Source of the DNA: an uncultured cyanobacterium
Lineage (GTDB): Bacteria; Cyanobacteriota; Cyanobacteriia; Pseudanabaenales; Pseudanabaenaceae
Direction of reading: 5' to 3'
Assembly (NCBI GenBank): GCA_963703315.1
Contig: OY969811.1
Location: 3,040,001-3,104,000, forward strand
Length of the DNA: 64,000 nt
Position numbers and translations under genes: made by a program
Shown: in pieces, positions 39,373-49,649 of the stretch
Layout: every line of letters starts with the position of its first letter
Numbering within the stretch: the first letter of the stretch is position 1
Notes under the pieces: generated by a model
Told to the model about the DNA's origin: nothing
Databases searched by the model: none
The model's input: only the letters and a program-made list of their open reading frames with translations

Positions 39373-40353
39373 TCAGGAATGTAATGGTAGTACAGCCAGA
39401 GGTAAAAGTGCAAAGCCAATCCAAAGTAAAGCCCACCAAGAAAATTGGGGTAATGGTTCGGGTTCCGCAAGTAAGAAATTAATACGTTCTTCGAGGCGAT
39501 CGCTCGGATTGGTGGAACCAAAGGCAGCCGCAAAGGTTTCATTCTCATTGATATTGCTTATGGTCATATTGCTGCTAACCATTGCAAGTAAAGACTCGGC
39601 AATTAATAAACCATCAGCATAGTTCGCCGCCCAGCGATCGGCACGAAGTTCTCGTAATAGTAGCAGTTCTTCCCATAGTGCTTCGGTATTGGGCAACCAA
39701 GGCATGATTTGACGCAAGCAGCTTAGCCAGAAAAACCAAAAAGTATCGCGATAATGGGCATGGGCGCGTTCATGGAGTAGGACAGCTTCGAGGTGTGGGG
39801 CATCAAGGGTATCGAGTAACCCTTGACTCACAAAAAGCTGCGATCGCCAAAAGCCGATTTGCGCTGCAAATAGCATCGGGATATTTAGCAACTGCACAGG
39901 ATGATCAATGCTTAGGAACCCAATTGTTTGTGGCGCGGTGCAGCCGCGCCACAAACAATCGGGTTCCTTCACAACTAAACTTTGTAACTTTTGTAAAGAT
40001 TGCCAGCCATTCCATACCAGTTGCACTGCACGCAAAATGCTGTAAATCAAAAATATCAGAGCGATCGCATAGCTCAGTCGTCCAGCTTGCAAACCAATCA
40101 TTTGTCCATCGGCTCCCATGCAAAGCACCGCGATCGCCGTCATCACGACTAGCAATGGGGGCAACACGAAACATACTAATGCTTTGTGCCAACGCCTTTG
40201 CCAAGAACTTGACCCTGAATTTTGATGACTTTGATTTTGATGATTTTGCCAGCCATAACGCAATCCCCACGCAAGACAGAGGGAGCCGAGCAGCATCACA
40301 GAATGTATCGACAAAGAATGTATAGGGGAAAAATATACAGAAGAAAAGGACAT
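39373..40353 (-). CDS. M56 family (BlaR1-like) metallopeptidase
   Basis: AVLLHERAH, RELRAD; downstream of the BlaI-type repressor; start uncertain. Confidence 0.88.
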   Translation of the reverse strand: MSFSSVYFSPIHSLSIHSVMLLGSLCLAWGLRYGWQNHQNQSHQNSGSSSWQRRWHKALVCFVLPPLLVVMTAIAVLCMGADGQMIGLQAGRLSYAIALIFLIYSILRAVQLVWNGWQSLQKLQSLVVKEPDCLWRGCTAPQTIGFLSIDHPVQLLNIPMLFAAQIGFWRSQLFVSQGLLDTLDAPHLEAVLLHERAHAHYRDTFWFFWLSCLRQIMPWLPNTEALWEELLLLRELRADRWAANYADGLLIAESLLAMVSSNMTISNINENETFAAAFGSTNPSDRLEERINFLLAEPEPLPQFSWWALLWIGFALLPLAVLPLHS

Positions 40354-40357
40354 TAGC

Positions 40358-40786
40358 TTAACCTTCCTGTGATTGATCTCTGGATTGGCGGAGATTTTTG
40401 AGACGGACGGCGATCGCCTCTAGTTTGTCCATACTGGCATGGTCAAGATCATCGGCAAAAGCGGCAACTATATCGGCATTACCTACTTCCAAAAAACGGT
40501 TAAGTTGGTGGTAGGCATCTAGGGCTTGAGCTTCTTGTCGGGAGATCAGCGCTTGCCAATAGAGAGTCCGTCCCTCTTTTTCACAATTAATCCATCCCTT
40601 CTGCTCTAGGCGACGCAGCACAGTCATTACTGACCCATAAGCTAATTCGCGATCGGGATCGGTCAAAATGCGATCGTGAATATCCGTAGCACCTAGTCTC
40701 GTACTATCCCAAATAATATTTAAGATCTCTGACTCTAGAGGTCCTAGTGATAATTGCTTCGGTCGATATTTTGGTAATGGGGTCAT
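40358..40786 (-). CDS. BlaI/MecI/CopY transcriptional regulator
   Basis: LGPLESEILNIIW, VMTVLRRLEQKGW. Confidence 0.92.
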   Translation of the reverse strand: MTPLPKYRPKQLSLGPLESEILNIIWDSTRLGATDIHDRILTDPDRELAYGSVMTVLRRLEQKGWINCEKEGRTLYWQALISRQEAQALDAYHQLNRFLEVGNADIVAAFADDLDHASMDKLEAIAVRLKNLRQSRDQSQEG

Positions 40787-40955
40787 AAGCGGTCAAACGT
40801 CACTATGTAAGTGTAACTATAGCGCTTTGCAATATGCCAAGATTATTAATACCAAAAGATAAAATCCTTGCTGGGTTGGTTTTTTAATTCACCAAAGTGT
40901 TAGCACATTTTTGTGAATTGGTATAACGAGTCTGAGGCATCAATATAAAAAACTT

Positions 40956-43022
40956 ATGAGTCTTACAACTGGGCAATTAGTCGGTGGGCATTACGAAGTA
41001 ATTGAGCGTCTTGGTGGCGGTGGATTTGGTGAGACCTATCTCTCGCGGGACTTGCATCTTCCCGATCGCCCTACCCGCGTGATTAAAGTCCTTAGCCCTC
41101 ATATTCAAGAAGACACTGTATTGCAGCTATCACGGCGACTTTTTGAAACCGAGGCTCAGGTTCTTTATCGGCTTGGGACACATCCCCAAATTCCCCAACT
41201 CTTTGCCCACTTTGAAGAACTATCCGAATTTTATCTAGTTCAAGAATATATAGATGGTAAAGATCTCAGCCATGAACTCCTGCGCGGTAAGGTATGGGAG
41301 CAGTTCACAGTGGCAAATCTATTACAAAATATTTTGACAGTTCTGAGCTTTGTCCATCAAAACAATGTCATTCATCGTGATATTAAACCTGAAAATATTA
41401 TTCGGCGGCGCGACGGCAAGTTATTTCTAATTGATTTTGGTGTGGTGAAGCAGATTGCCACACCAACTGCGTTGTTAGATGGCAAAACTGCTGAAGGTTA
41501 TACGGTGGGAATTGGGACACCCGGCTATATGCCTAGTGAGCAGGCGCATGGTGAGCCGAAGTTTGCTAGTGATATCTATGCGATCGGTATGATTGGTATT
41601 CAGGCGCTTACAGGTATTTCACCTAATCACTTACCTAAAGATGAAAATCTGGAAATTGTGTGGCGAAAGTCTGCCCCCAAGGTCTATCCTGAGTTTGCAG
41701 ATATTCTTTCGCAGATGGTCAAGTTTGATTTTCGACAGCGATATCTTAGTGCTGAGTCTGCCTATGAATCAATTAAAGAATTTGTTGATCGCTATCCGAT
41801 CGCGGATGTCAATCACAGCTTACCAACAGTGCTAATAAATGCTGAGGTTACTCAAACTACTGGACAAACGACTAATCAAGATCCCTCCCTTGATCAACAT
41901 TCTGCCCAGAAACCTTCCCAGCAACAAGAATCTCCAAAATCATCAATCTGGCAATATTTACGCCCTTGGCATCTAGGTTTAGGAATTGTGACACTGGGAG
42001 CGATCGCCATTACGGCGATCATTCTCTTTGCAGAGCCATCAAAAACAGGACGTACTCACGGATCTCAAGAGTCTTTAGAAATCAGTCCTAATCCTTCTCA
42101 AACACCTTCCGTTAATTCTAGTAATACTTCTACTCCATCCTTAATTAAGGAGTTCTCTGTCAATGGCACAAATGATGCCGTTTATGGAGTTACCATCAGT
42201 CCTGACAGCAAAACTGTAGCAGGGGCAAGTGCGGAACGAACGATTGAGCTATGGGATTTACAAACTAGTAAAAAGCTACAAACTTTTAGAGGGCATAAAG
42301 GCAGAGTTTATGATGTTTTCTTTAGTCCTGATGGCAAGCGTTTAGTTAGTGCTAGTGACGATCGCCAGTTGATTGTTTGGGAAGTCAGTACAGGTAAGAT
42401 TCTCCATACCCTTGAGGGACATCAAGATCGGATTTACACCTCAATCTTTAGTCCTGATGGTAAAGCGATCGCTAGTTCTGGAGCCGATCGCACTATTCGC
42501 CTATGGAATGTAGAAACGGGAAAACTAACTAATACCTTGCAGGAAAAAGCTTGGGTCTATGATGTTTCATTTACACCCGATGGGAAGACTTTAACCAGTG
42601 GTAGTAAAGATGGTGCAATTCGTTTGTGGAATGTAGAGACGGGAAAAGTGATCAAAACCTTAGTGGAAAATGGTAGCCCTGTACGCTCCATTGTTTACAG
42701 TAATGATGGCAAGCTGATTGCTAGTGCGATGGAAGACAGTACGGTACGTCTATGGGATGCAAACACAGGTCAGCTAAAGGATGTTCTCGCAGGACATACT
42801 AGTGAAGTCCATACGCTTGCCTTTAGCAATGACGATCGCTTACTAGCTAGTGGCAGTGCCGATAAAACGGTGAGGATTTGGTCACTCATAGACAAGCGAT
42901 CGCTGCAAACTTTATCCAACTATGAACGCGGCGTATCATCGGTAGCCTTTAGCACTGATCAGAAATTACTGATTAGCGGTAGTCTCGACGGAAAAATTAA
43001 AATCTGGAAATTAGCCAATTGA
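40956..43022 (+). CDS. Ser/Thr protein kinase with TM and WD40 repeats
   Basis: LGGGGFG, HRDIKPEN, DFG; GH...WD repeats. Confidence 0.95.
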   Translation: MSLTTGQLVGGHYEVIERLGGGGFGETYLSRDLHLPDRPTRVIKVLSPHIQEDTVLQLSRRLFETEAQVLYRLGTHPQIPQLFAHFEELSEFYLVQEYIDGKDLSHELLRGKVWEQFTVANLLQNILTVLSFVHQNNVIHRDIKPENIIRRRDGKLFLIDFGVVKQIATPTALLDGKTAEGYTVGIGTPGYMPSEQAHGEPKFASDIYAIGMIGIQALTGISPNHLPKDENLEIVWRKSAPKVYPEFADILSQMVKFDFRQRYLSAESAYESIKEFVDRYPIADVNHSLPTVLINAEVTQTTGQTTNQDPSLDQHSAQKPSQQQESPKSSIWQYLRPWHLGLGIVTLGAIAITAIILFAEPSKTGRTHGSQESLEISPNPSQTPSVNSSNTSTPSLIKEFSVNGTNDAVYGVTISPDSKTVAGASAERTIELWDLQTSKKLQTFRGHKGRVYDVFFSPDGKRLVSASDDRQLIVWEVSTGKILHTLEGHQDRIYTSIFSPDGKAIASSGADRTIRLWNVETGKLTNTLQEKAWVYDVSFTPDGKTLTSGSKDGAIRLWNVETGKVIKTLVENGSPVRSIVYSNDGKLIASAMEDSTVRLWDANTGQLKDVLAGHTSEVHTLAFSNDDRLLASGSADKTVRIWSLIDKRSLQTLSNYERGVSSVAFSTDQKLLISGSLDGKIKIWKLAN

Positions 43023-43067
43023 ATTTACATTCAGCAGATGACAAAATTTTTTCAACGCTAACTAATT

Positions 43068-43436
43068 CTATAGTTCAATCAATCCTAAGCTAATTTGAAT
43101 CGCGTTATCTACATATCCCATGAGGCGATCGGAGACGATACCCATTCTTTTGATTAAGCGTTGTTTGTCAATGGAACGAATCTGATTGAGAAGCACTACG
43201 GATGTTACGGTTAGTCCGCCTTCGGGGGGATTGATTAAAACTTCTGTGGGATATGTCTCAGGATCGAATTGGGATGTGATGGCAGCAACGATGGTAATAG
43301 GGCTGTATTGATTGGAAATATCATTTTGAAGAATGAGAGCAGGTCTAGTTTTCTGAATTTCTGAGCCAACGGTAGGGTCAAAGTTAACCAAATAGATTTC
43401 GCCTCTCTTGGGAAATTCTATTTTTCGTTTTGCCAT
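43068..43436 (-). CDS. PemK/MazF family toxin
   Basis: RGEIYLVNFDPTVGSEIQKTRPALI, QIRSIDKQRL. Confidence 0.94.
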   Translation of the reverse strand: MAKRKIEFPKRGEIYLVNFDPTVGSEIQKTRPALILQNDISNQYSPITIVAAITSQFDPETYPTEVLINPPEGGLTVTSVVLLNQIRSIDKQRLIKRMGIVSDRLMGYVDNAIQISLGLIEL

Positions 43437-43672
43437 GATTCCTCATCAATATTAAACCAGTCTTGAGCAATCCCTAAGTCTCGATCTGCGCGACGTAATG
43501 CGCCCTGTTTGAGTTTTTCCCGTAGATTTTTCTTGGCTTCAGTGTTGATGTAGTATTTCACGGCTTGGTCAATGAAGTGACTGCGATCGCCTTTTGGTGC
43601 TATGCGATCGAGTAGCTGAAGCGTTTCGTTGGGTAATGTGATGTTAATGCGTTGATACATATATGGGTACAC
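43418..43672 (-). CDS. Ribbon-helix-helix antitoxin
   Basis: RINITLP...RSHFI..A; overlaps the toxin. Confidence 0.85.
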   Translation of the reverse strand: MYPYMYQRINITLPNETLQLLDRIAPKGDRSHFIDQAVKYYINTEAKKNLREKLKQGALRRADRDLGIAQDWFNIDEESWQNEK

Positions 43673-43808
43673 ATTGGCTATGTGTATTATGCTAACTCAT
43701 ATTGATGGCTAAAGGTATAGGCGATCGCTAAATCTTTACCCACTCACTATATTCATCGGCTATTCGATAGGATATAAGATGGTAAATGTAGCCTACTAAA
43801 ACATTGTT

Positions 43809-44051
43809 ATGAATGAACTGCTATCAGTTACTTTCGATGGGTCGGTGCTTACACCAGATAAGCCGCTTAAACTTGAGCGAAATAAGCGCTATTTAATCAC
43901 GATTGTTCCTGAAGAAGTAGCTCCTGTTCAGAATGCTTGGGATTTGTTAGAGAATTTGACGGGAACAGTTGAGGCTCCTGAAGATTGGTCGGCGGAACAT
44001 GATCATTATTTGTATGGGACTCCTAAACGACAGGATGAGAATGTGTCATGA
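43809..44051 (+). CDS. Putative antitoxin
   Basis: FDGSVLTP, DWSAEHDHYLYGTPK; ATGA overlap with the PIN toxin. Confidence 0.8.
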   Translation: MNELLSVTFDGSVLTPDKPLKLERNKRYLITIVPEEVAPVQNAWDLLENLTGTVEAPEDWSAEHDHYLYGTPKRQDENVS

Positions 44052-44464
44052 GAGAGCGATTATTGCTAGACACGTCATTCATTCAGGCGTTGCTGAATTC
44101 TAAAGATCGGCATCATCAACGGGCAAAGGTTCTATTACCGAGGGTTTACAATGCAAGGGAAGTATGGGTAACTGAGGCGGTGTTGGTTGAGGTGGGAAAT
44201 GCTTTTAGTGCGATGAATCGTGGTGCGGCTTCTCAATTTATTCGACAGTGTTATCAAACTCCAAATATTAGGGTGATTACGGTGGATACGGCGTTGTTGG
44301 GTCGTGCTTTGGAACTTTATGGTGCTAGACCAGATAAGGGTTGGGGTTTGACGGATTGTATTTCTTTTACGGTGATGTCAGAGAATAGTTTGATTGATGC
44401 GGCAACTGCTGATTTTCATTTTGTGCAAGCGGGATATCGGGCTTTATTGTTAGAAGTTGTGTAG
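44048..44464 (+). CDS. PIN/VapC toxin
   Basis: LLDTSF, VLVE, LTDCISF, TAD.HF.QAG. Confidence 0.92.
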   Translation: MRERLLLDTSFIQALLNSKDRHHQRAKVLLPRVYNAREVWVTEAVLVEVGNAFSAMNRGAASQFIRQCYQTPNIRVITVDTALLGRALELYGARPDKGWGLTDCISFTVMSENSLIDAATADFHFVQAGYRALLLEVV

Positions 44465-44720
44465 AACTGAAAAACTGCTTGATATTTTAGGTTGGATCGC
44501 CTTGTCATCTCATGGTTAAGTGCATAGGCGATCGCTAAGTTAGGCTGTGGTTTGGCAAGCAATTCCGCTAATATCTCAATCCTTGTCCAAGCGGTTTCTA
44601 AATCGATTTGAGCGGGTTCGTAGGGAAATGTATCAAGGGGTTGATATAAATAGACGCGCCATGACATGGACTGAAGTTGTAAAACCCATCGGGTTGCTTC
44701 TTCGACGGTGGCGGTGACGA

Positions 44721-45787
44721 GGCACTGGTCAGTTAATTAGTGAGGTAATGAAAGCCCCTTAATGATAGTAATTCCAGCATAGAAACGGGACGATTAAAAA
44801 GTCCGATTGCCATAGCAGGGGTCTTGTTCTTGCCCAAACCCTCATGAGGTCGTACCCAATTGTGAATTAAGCGTTGTACCGTGACTGCTCGTTGCAAGCC
44901 CTCGGTATTTTTAGCATACAGGTTTTGTCTGCGGCGAAAAGCACTACACCTTCTTCTCAAAGCACTGTTGTTAGCTTCATTATGATTAGCATGAACGTCA
45001 CTCTTATCGCTGATGGCAGTATAAGGATGCTCAGGTTTGACCCATTCGACTCGACGCTTTCCCTGTGAACCTTTAATTTTCATGGCAACTTCCAATCCAT
45101 AGCGCCATACCTTGCGATGTCCATATTCACGAGTGACTTCCGATGATTTGAGATAAACACTTGCCATTTGCCATAGTTGTTGAGCGTAGCGTCTTTCACC
45201 ATCGGTAAACCATCGAATGTATTGACTAGTTTTTGCCCATGACCATGCAGTGTTGATGGCTTGCTTAAATAAGTCCGTTGTTTTCATTCCTGCTTTTGCT
45301 TCAATCCAGTAGCGACTCCCACGCTCAATAAATGTGATTGTCCACCCTTTTGACTCTGAGGGGGGGGAGGTTCTCGCCTACGCGAGTGTAAACCTCATCT
45401 CCCTCGACTGTTATATCTCCTCCTGTTGGGGCATCTGGACTCCATTGCTGTGACTGAGTTGCCAATTTTTGCTCCCATCTCATGATGCTGACATGAGATT
45501 TTTCTAGAACTCTTCCACTGGCTCTAATCCCCATTCCTTCACTCCTCATCTTAAGTGCTAATGAAACCACATTTTCTGGTGTTCTCAGCCTTGACATTGG
45601 CGTTCCTGTCCTTTCACTGAATCTTTTGCCGCATTCTTTGCATAAATAGTTTTGGATGGCTTTGCCGTCTTGATGGTGATGTTTGCCATTTTTGATGATC
45701 TTTTGACTATCGCAGTGGGGGCATTCCATAGCTTTTTCCTTTACTCTGCCTCTATTTTCTCATATCACTAATTTACTGACCAGTGCC
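44721..45787 (-). mobile_element. IS1 family element, 1067 bp
   Basis: TIR GGCACTGGTCAGT(T/A)AATTAGTGA; 8-bp target duplication GGTGACGA at 44713-20 and 45788-95. Confidence 0.92.
44733..45729 (-). CDS. IS1 transposase split across two frames at a C8 run
   Basis: CPHC...C..C zinc ribbon and GDE (45325-45729); FTDG and EANNSALRRR in the second frame. Confidence 0.85.
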
Positions 45788-46326
45788 GGTGACGATGAGT
45801 AATGGTTTGGCTTGTTGTTGGTATAGGAGAGTGCTAATTAGTCCCTTGCCTAAGCGGGATAGTCCTGATAGGGATATACTTTTGGCTGTTTTTAGTTTCT
45901 CGCCTATTTTTGTGGCGATCGGGCTATGTTCTCTAGGACTGCTGTGAAGATCATGGGTGGGGATTAATTTAGTCGGTAGTGATCCGAAAGTAGTGTTATC
46001 TGAAATGCTCTTGAGTAATGACTTTTAAGATTATTTTCACAAAAGCAAAGTTAATAAGGTTCTGTGTCAGTCTGAGGCTCAAACACTGATTGTTTCGTAA
46101 ATTTTGAGCATTTACCGCCTAAATCAGAGCTATACTCAAGCTATTCAATTTCTACTCTTAAACCCTAGAACCTAATATATAGCAAATATTTCAAACATCA
46201 CTACTTGTGGATCACAACCAAAATATTATTTTTTGTCCTAAATAACCTGCTGAATGTAGGGATCAGTTATTGTACAGTTACCATGCCAAACCGCCTCTTA
46301 GTTGATTTAAAGTATCAAGAGTAAAT

Positions 46327-47634
46327 ATGTCAAAACCAGCAGAATCTGATTTTTCTCTCAAAAATCCTTTTATCTCCGATCAAACAATCGATCAACTTCT
46401 TGAAAACGGATATATTGGGGTAGATTTAGCACTATCTGATGATAGTGCTTTTGCGGGAGCAGCCCACAAATTCAAAGAGCAAGTCAAGTGGACTAAGAGC
46501 CAAGTAGATGAGGAGGGAGATGTTGCTTTAATGACATCTAATTTATCTGAATTTGATCAATTGCTAAATTTTATGCTTGCCCAGTTTGGTTGGTGTCCTC
46601 AAGTCTATTCAAATCAAGAAATCCCAGATGTTTTCATTTTTTCACCCCAAAGTGAATTACAAGAAGGTGCAATATTTTTAGCAACTGATGGAGAGAAGGG
46701 ATGGCAAGGCTCTCTTTACAGCCTAGATTATGTTGATTCAATAGAAAATGCGAATATACTGGGCTTTATTTTTGCGACCAAACCAAAAGATGATTCGCAG
46801 CAAGAGTGGCTTTTAGTAGAGGTTAATCGCCAGAAAAATACAAGGGGCTGGAGTGTACATTCAGGAACATTAGAGCAGGTTTACTACATTTGGGCAGAAA
46901 GGGTTGAAATTTCAGAACCCAACTTTAAACCAACAACTGATGAAGTTTTAGATGCTTTGTCTTTTGAGAATACTCAACCAGAAGCGGTATCAAATCAAGA
47001 AGATGATGATGAAAAGGAAGAAATAGATTTTAGTTGCCCTGAGGATATGTCTTCTGAATATACAAGCAGAAGTAATTTTTATAATTTTGCATACGCTTTT
47101 AACCATCTACATTATACGAAGAAAGATTTAGCCGAACATATCGCAAATAATGGAATGGATGATGCCGAGTCTATTATGAGTGAAGTTATTTTTTGTAGTG
47201 ATAACGAGGAATGTGATAACTATGGTGTTCCTGACTCTCTTGATCAAGCAATATCTGATTTTGGTAGTTTTGTGATTGAAAATAACGAAGAGGTGACTGG
47301 AGATTATGGTTTAAGTTCCTTTTTCTTGGAATACCTTGGATCTAATCGTGAACTTTTAATTGATGAATGTAAAGATTGGATTGATTCCTTTGAAAATAAT
47401 TCTGACCTATTCTTAAATAATAATGGCTGGGGAAATAAAACAAAATTTCTTGAAGACTATACCTATATTGTCCTAAGAGAGTTTTTGAGTACATACCCAG
47501 CATTAATTAATGTTGACGAGGATGATGATGAACTGGTTGAAAAGGTTGAGGAATGGTATGAAGAGTTCGCACTTCCTAAGTTACTCCCTTTTCTTGAAGC
47601 GATTAATGAACAGTTTGAACACATTCGTAACTAA
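46327..47634 (+). CDS. Highly acidic hypothetical protein
   Basis: 435-aa AT-rich ORF, D/E-rich, no motif recognised. Confidence 0.7.
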   Translation: MSKPAESDFSLKNPFISDQTIDQLLENGYIGVDLALSDDSAFAGAAHKFKEQVKWTKSQVDEEGDVALMTSNLSEFDQLLNFMLAQFGWCPQVYSNQEIPDVFIFSPQSELQEGAIFLATDGEKGWQGSLYSLDYVDSIENANILGFIFATKPKDDSQQEWLLVEVNRQKNTRGWSVHSGTLEQVYYIWAERVEISEPNFKPTTDEVLDALSFENTQPEAVSNQEDDDEKEEIDFSCPEDMSSEYTSRSNFYNFAYAFNHLHYTKKDLAEHIANNGMDDAESIMSEVIFCSDNEECDNYGVPDSLDQAISDFGSFVIENNEEVTGDYGLSSFFLEYLGSNRELLIDECKDWIDSFENNSDLFLNNNGWGNKTKFLEDYTYIVLREFLSTYPALINVDEDDDELVEKVEEWYEEFALPKLLPFLEAINEQFEHIRN

Positions 47635-47665
47635 ATCGATCGCCTCAATCTTGCCAGCTTTATGG

Positions 47666-48052
47666 CTATTGCAAATAGGACAAGCTAACCAAAGATTCGA
47701 CATTCATTAATCCACGCATCACCGCAACCTGCATTGCTTTAGCTTTCCGTACCGAACCATGACGATAAACCTGCATTAACTCATTCAGCTTCTTAACTTC
47801 CTGTGCATCAAGCAATCCTTCACTATTTCGAGCTTGTAAATCGCTAAAAAACCTTTGCTGCTGTCCGCCCATTTGCAAATTACAAAGAGCGAGAACCTGT
47901 TCATCAGGCAAAGTATCTATGGGAATCTCATTAATAGTGCGATCGATCCATTCAATCAGCATTTCTTCAATCCCCTGACGATTGAGCGCAGCTATTTCCT
48001 TAACCTTTTTTGCCAAAGGTTCGGGAAGTTCTAAGGCGATCGACTCAGACAT
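47666..48052 (-). CDS. Hypothetical antitoxin-like protein
   Basis: RHH-like N-terminus, LPDEQVLAL...RKAKA...AV.RGL. Confidence 0.6.
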   Translation of the reverse strand: MSESIALELPEPLAKKVKEIAALNRQGIEEMLIEWIDRTINEIPIDTLPDEQVLALCNLQMGGQQQRFFSDLQARNSEGLLDAQEVKKLNELMQVYRHGSVRKAKAMQVAVMRGLMNVESLVSLSYLQ

Positions 48053-48116
48053 ATTGCCTCGTAGACAACACTAAATTTTGATTGATTAAATACAGTATAA
48101 CCGTCAAAAACCGCAC

Positions 48117-48401
48117 CTAAGCAATCTCCGCCAAAGGCATAAAACTGGCACTCTCCAACGCACGAGAAGCAAACAGCAAACAAGCCCTGATATCTGCTTC
48201 AACCAAACCTTCATACTCTTCCAAAATTTCCGTCACCGTTGCACCATGAGCCAGCAGATTTAGAATGTACTCAACAGATAACCGCGTCCCTCTAATGACA
48301 GGCTTTCCCACCATCACTCTAGGACTAGAGTAGATCCGATTTAACAACTCTTGTTCTTTCATATTTTCTAAGAATTTAACCTGACTTATCACAACCATCA
48401 T
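48117..48401 (-). CDS. DUF433 protein
   Basis: MVGKPVIRGTRLSVE.IL..LA.G; true start probably MKEQ. Confidence 0.88.
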   Translation of the reverse strand: MMVVISQVKFLENMKEQELLNRIYSSPRVMVGKPVIRGTRLSVEYILNLLAHGATVTEILEEYEGLVEADIRACLLFASRALESASFMPLAEIA

Positions 48402-48419
48402 ACATAATCATACTTCTCA

Positions 48420-48671
48420 TTACTTTTTGCGAAGTCTCTCTAGAAGTTGAATCCGTTTTTGTTGCCACCAATCATCATTAATCTCGATCGCCTCACCACT
48501 ATCCAAACCCTCTAACAGCAAAGTTTCCAGACGCGCTTGAGCAACCCTCTCCGCCTCTTGACGCAGCAACTGCCGAATATATTCACTCGTAGTACTGTAG
48601 CCACCTTTAGAAACCTGCTCATCGATAAAAGCCTTCATAGAATCAGGAACAGAGATATTTACTGTAGTCAT
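48420..48671 (-). CDS. ParD-like RHH antitoxin, no adjacent ParE
   Basis: NISVP...GGYSTTSEYIRQLLR...LLEGLDSG. Confidence 0.88.
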   Translation of the reverse strand: MTTVNISVPDSMKAFIDEQVSKGGYSTTSEYIRQLLRQEAERVAQARLETLLLEGLDSGEAIEINDDWWQQKRIQLLERLRKK

Positions 48672-48830
48672 AGCTAGTAGTTATGTATATTTCTGACAGT
48701 TCAATTATGGCAAATATTGCCATAATTGAACTGTCAAACAGCGATCATGATTCAGGGCAGAGATGATAAGATATCAAAGTATAAACCTCAGCGTGAAAGT
48801 GATTTATACAGAGAATTTAGGAGTTAACTT

Positions 48831-49049
48831 ATGCGAACAATCACCCTACAAATTGATGATAGCGTTAGCGACAAATTTCTATGGTTACTCGATCGCTTCT
48901 CTAGAGACGAAATTAAAATTTTAGACCAATCCGATTATGTCAGCGATGATGAATATCTCAGAGGAATTGAAGGAATGGTTCAAAGTATCAATTCAGCCCT
49001 TACTGAACCCATTGAACAAGGTGTAACTCTAGATAAGCTGGATTGGTAA
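48831..49049 (+). CDS. Putative antitoxin
   Basis: EYL..I.GM..SI...EP..G...LDW; TAATG coupling to the YoeB remnant. Confidence 0.7.
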   Translation: MRTITLQIDDSVSDKFLWLLDRFSRDEIKILDQSDYVSDDEYLRGIEGMVQSINSALTEPIEQGVTLDKLDW

Positions 49050-49250
49050 TGTACAAAATAATTTTCATGACGTAAGCTCAAAAAGATGCCAAAAAGCTTG
49101 CTTCCAGTGGATTGAAACCTAAAGTTCTGCAACTCATCAAGATCATTGAAGAAGACCCATTACAATATCCGCCAGATTATGAATTTTTAAAAGGAGATAT
49201 GAAAGGGCTAATCAGTCGCCGCATCAATAAACAGCATTGGATGGTTTATG
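49049..49250 (+). pseudogene. Txe/YoeB toxin pseudogene
   Basis: MYKIIFMT*AQKDAKKL... with in-frame TAA at 49073; SRRINKQH.MVY followed by loss of similarity. Confidence 0.8.
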
Positions 49251-49649
49251 GAAACTTAGCCAAAGGTTTACCACAGAAAGGACAAGCAAAACTAGTAACC
49301 TCCGCCGTCACTGCATTCTCACCCTTTGATTGAAGAATCTCCCACTGATTACGGCGATCGCTGTTTGATTCGAGATTAAGAGCAATTTTGCTAGGTATTA
49401 ATCCACGCATCACCGCAGCCTGCTGCATTACCTTGTCTTTCTGCACCGAACCATGATGACAAACCTGCCTTAACTCATTTGTGGAGTCATTGCTAGTTTT
49501 TTTGACTTGTGTGTACATGGTAGAAAACGGAATAGGGATGATGGCTTCAGACTACTGATTAGCTAATCTACTTTTAGGCAACGTACTAGCCAATAGTTAT
49601 AGACTGCTAAAATGCAAATAGCAGTTACGACAGCAATTATCTAAGCCTC

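Larger units (their letters stand above)
44510..45954 (-). pseudogene. Degenerate 5' fragment of an mfd-like gene, frameshifted and IS1-interrupted
   Basis: Rejoined flanks read LSGLSRLGKGLIS...LLIVTATVEEATRW..QLQSMSW...PYEP...W..IEILAEL, resembling the cyanobacterial Mfd N-terminus; 3' limit approximate. Confidence 0.7.
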
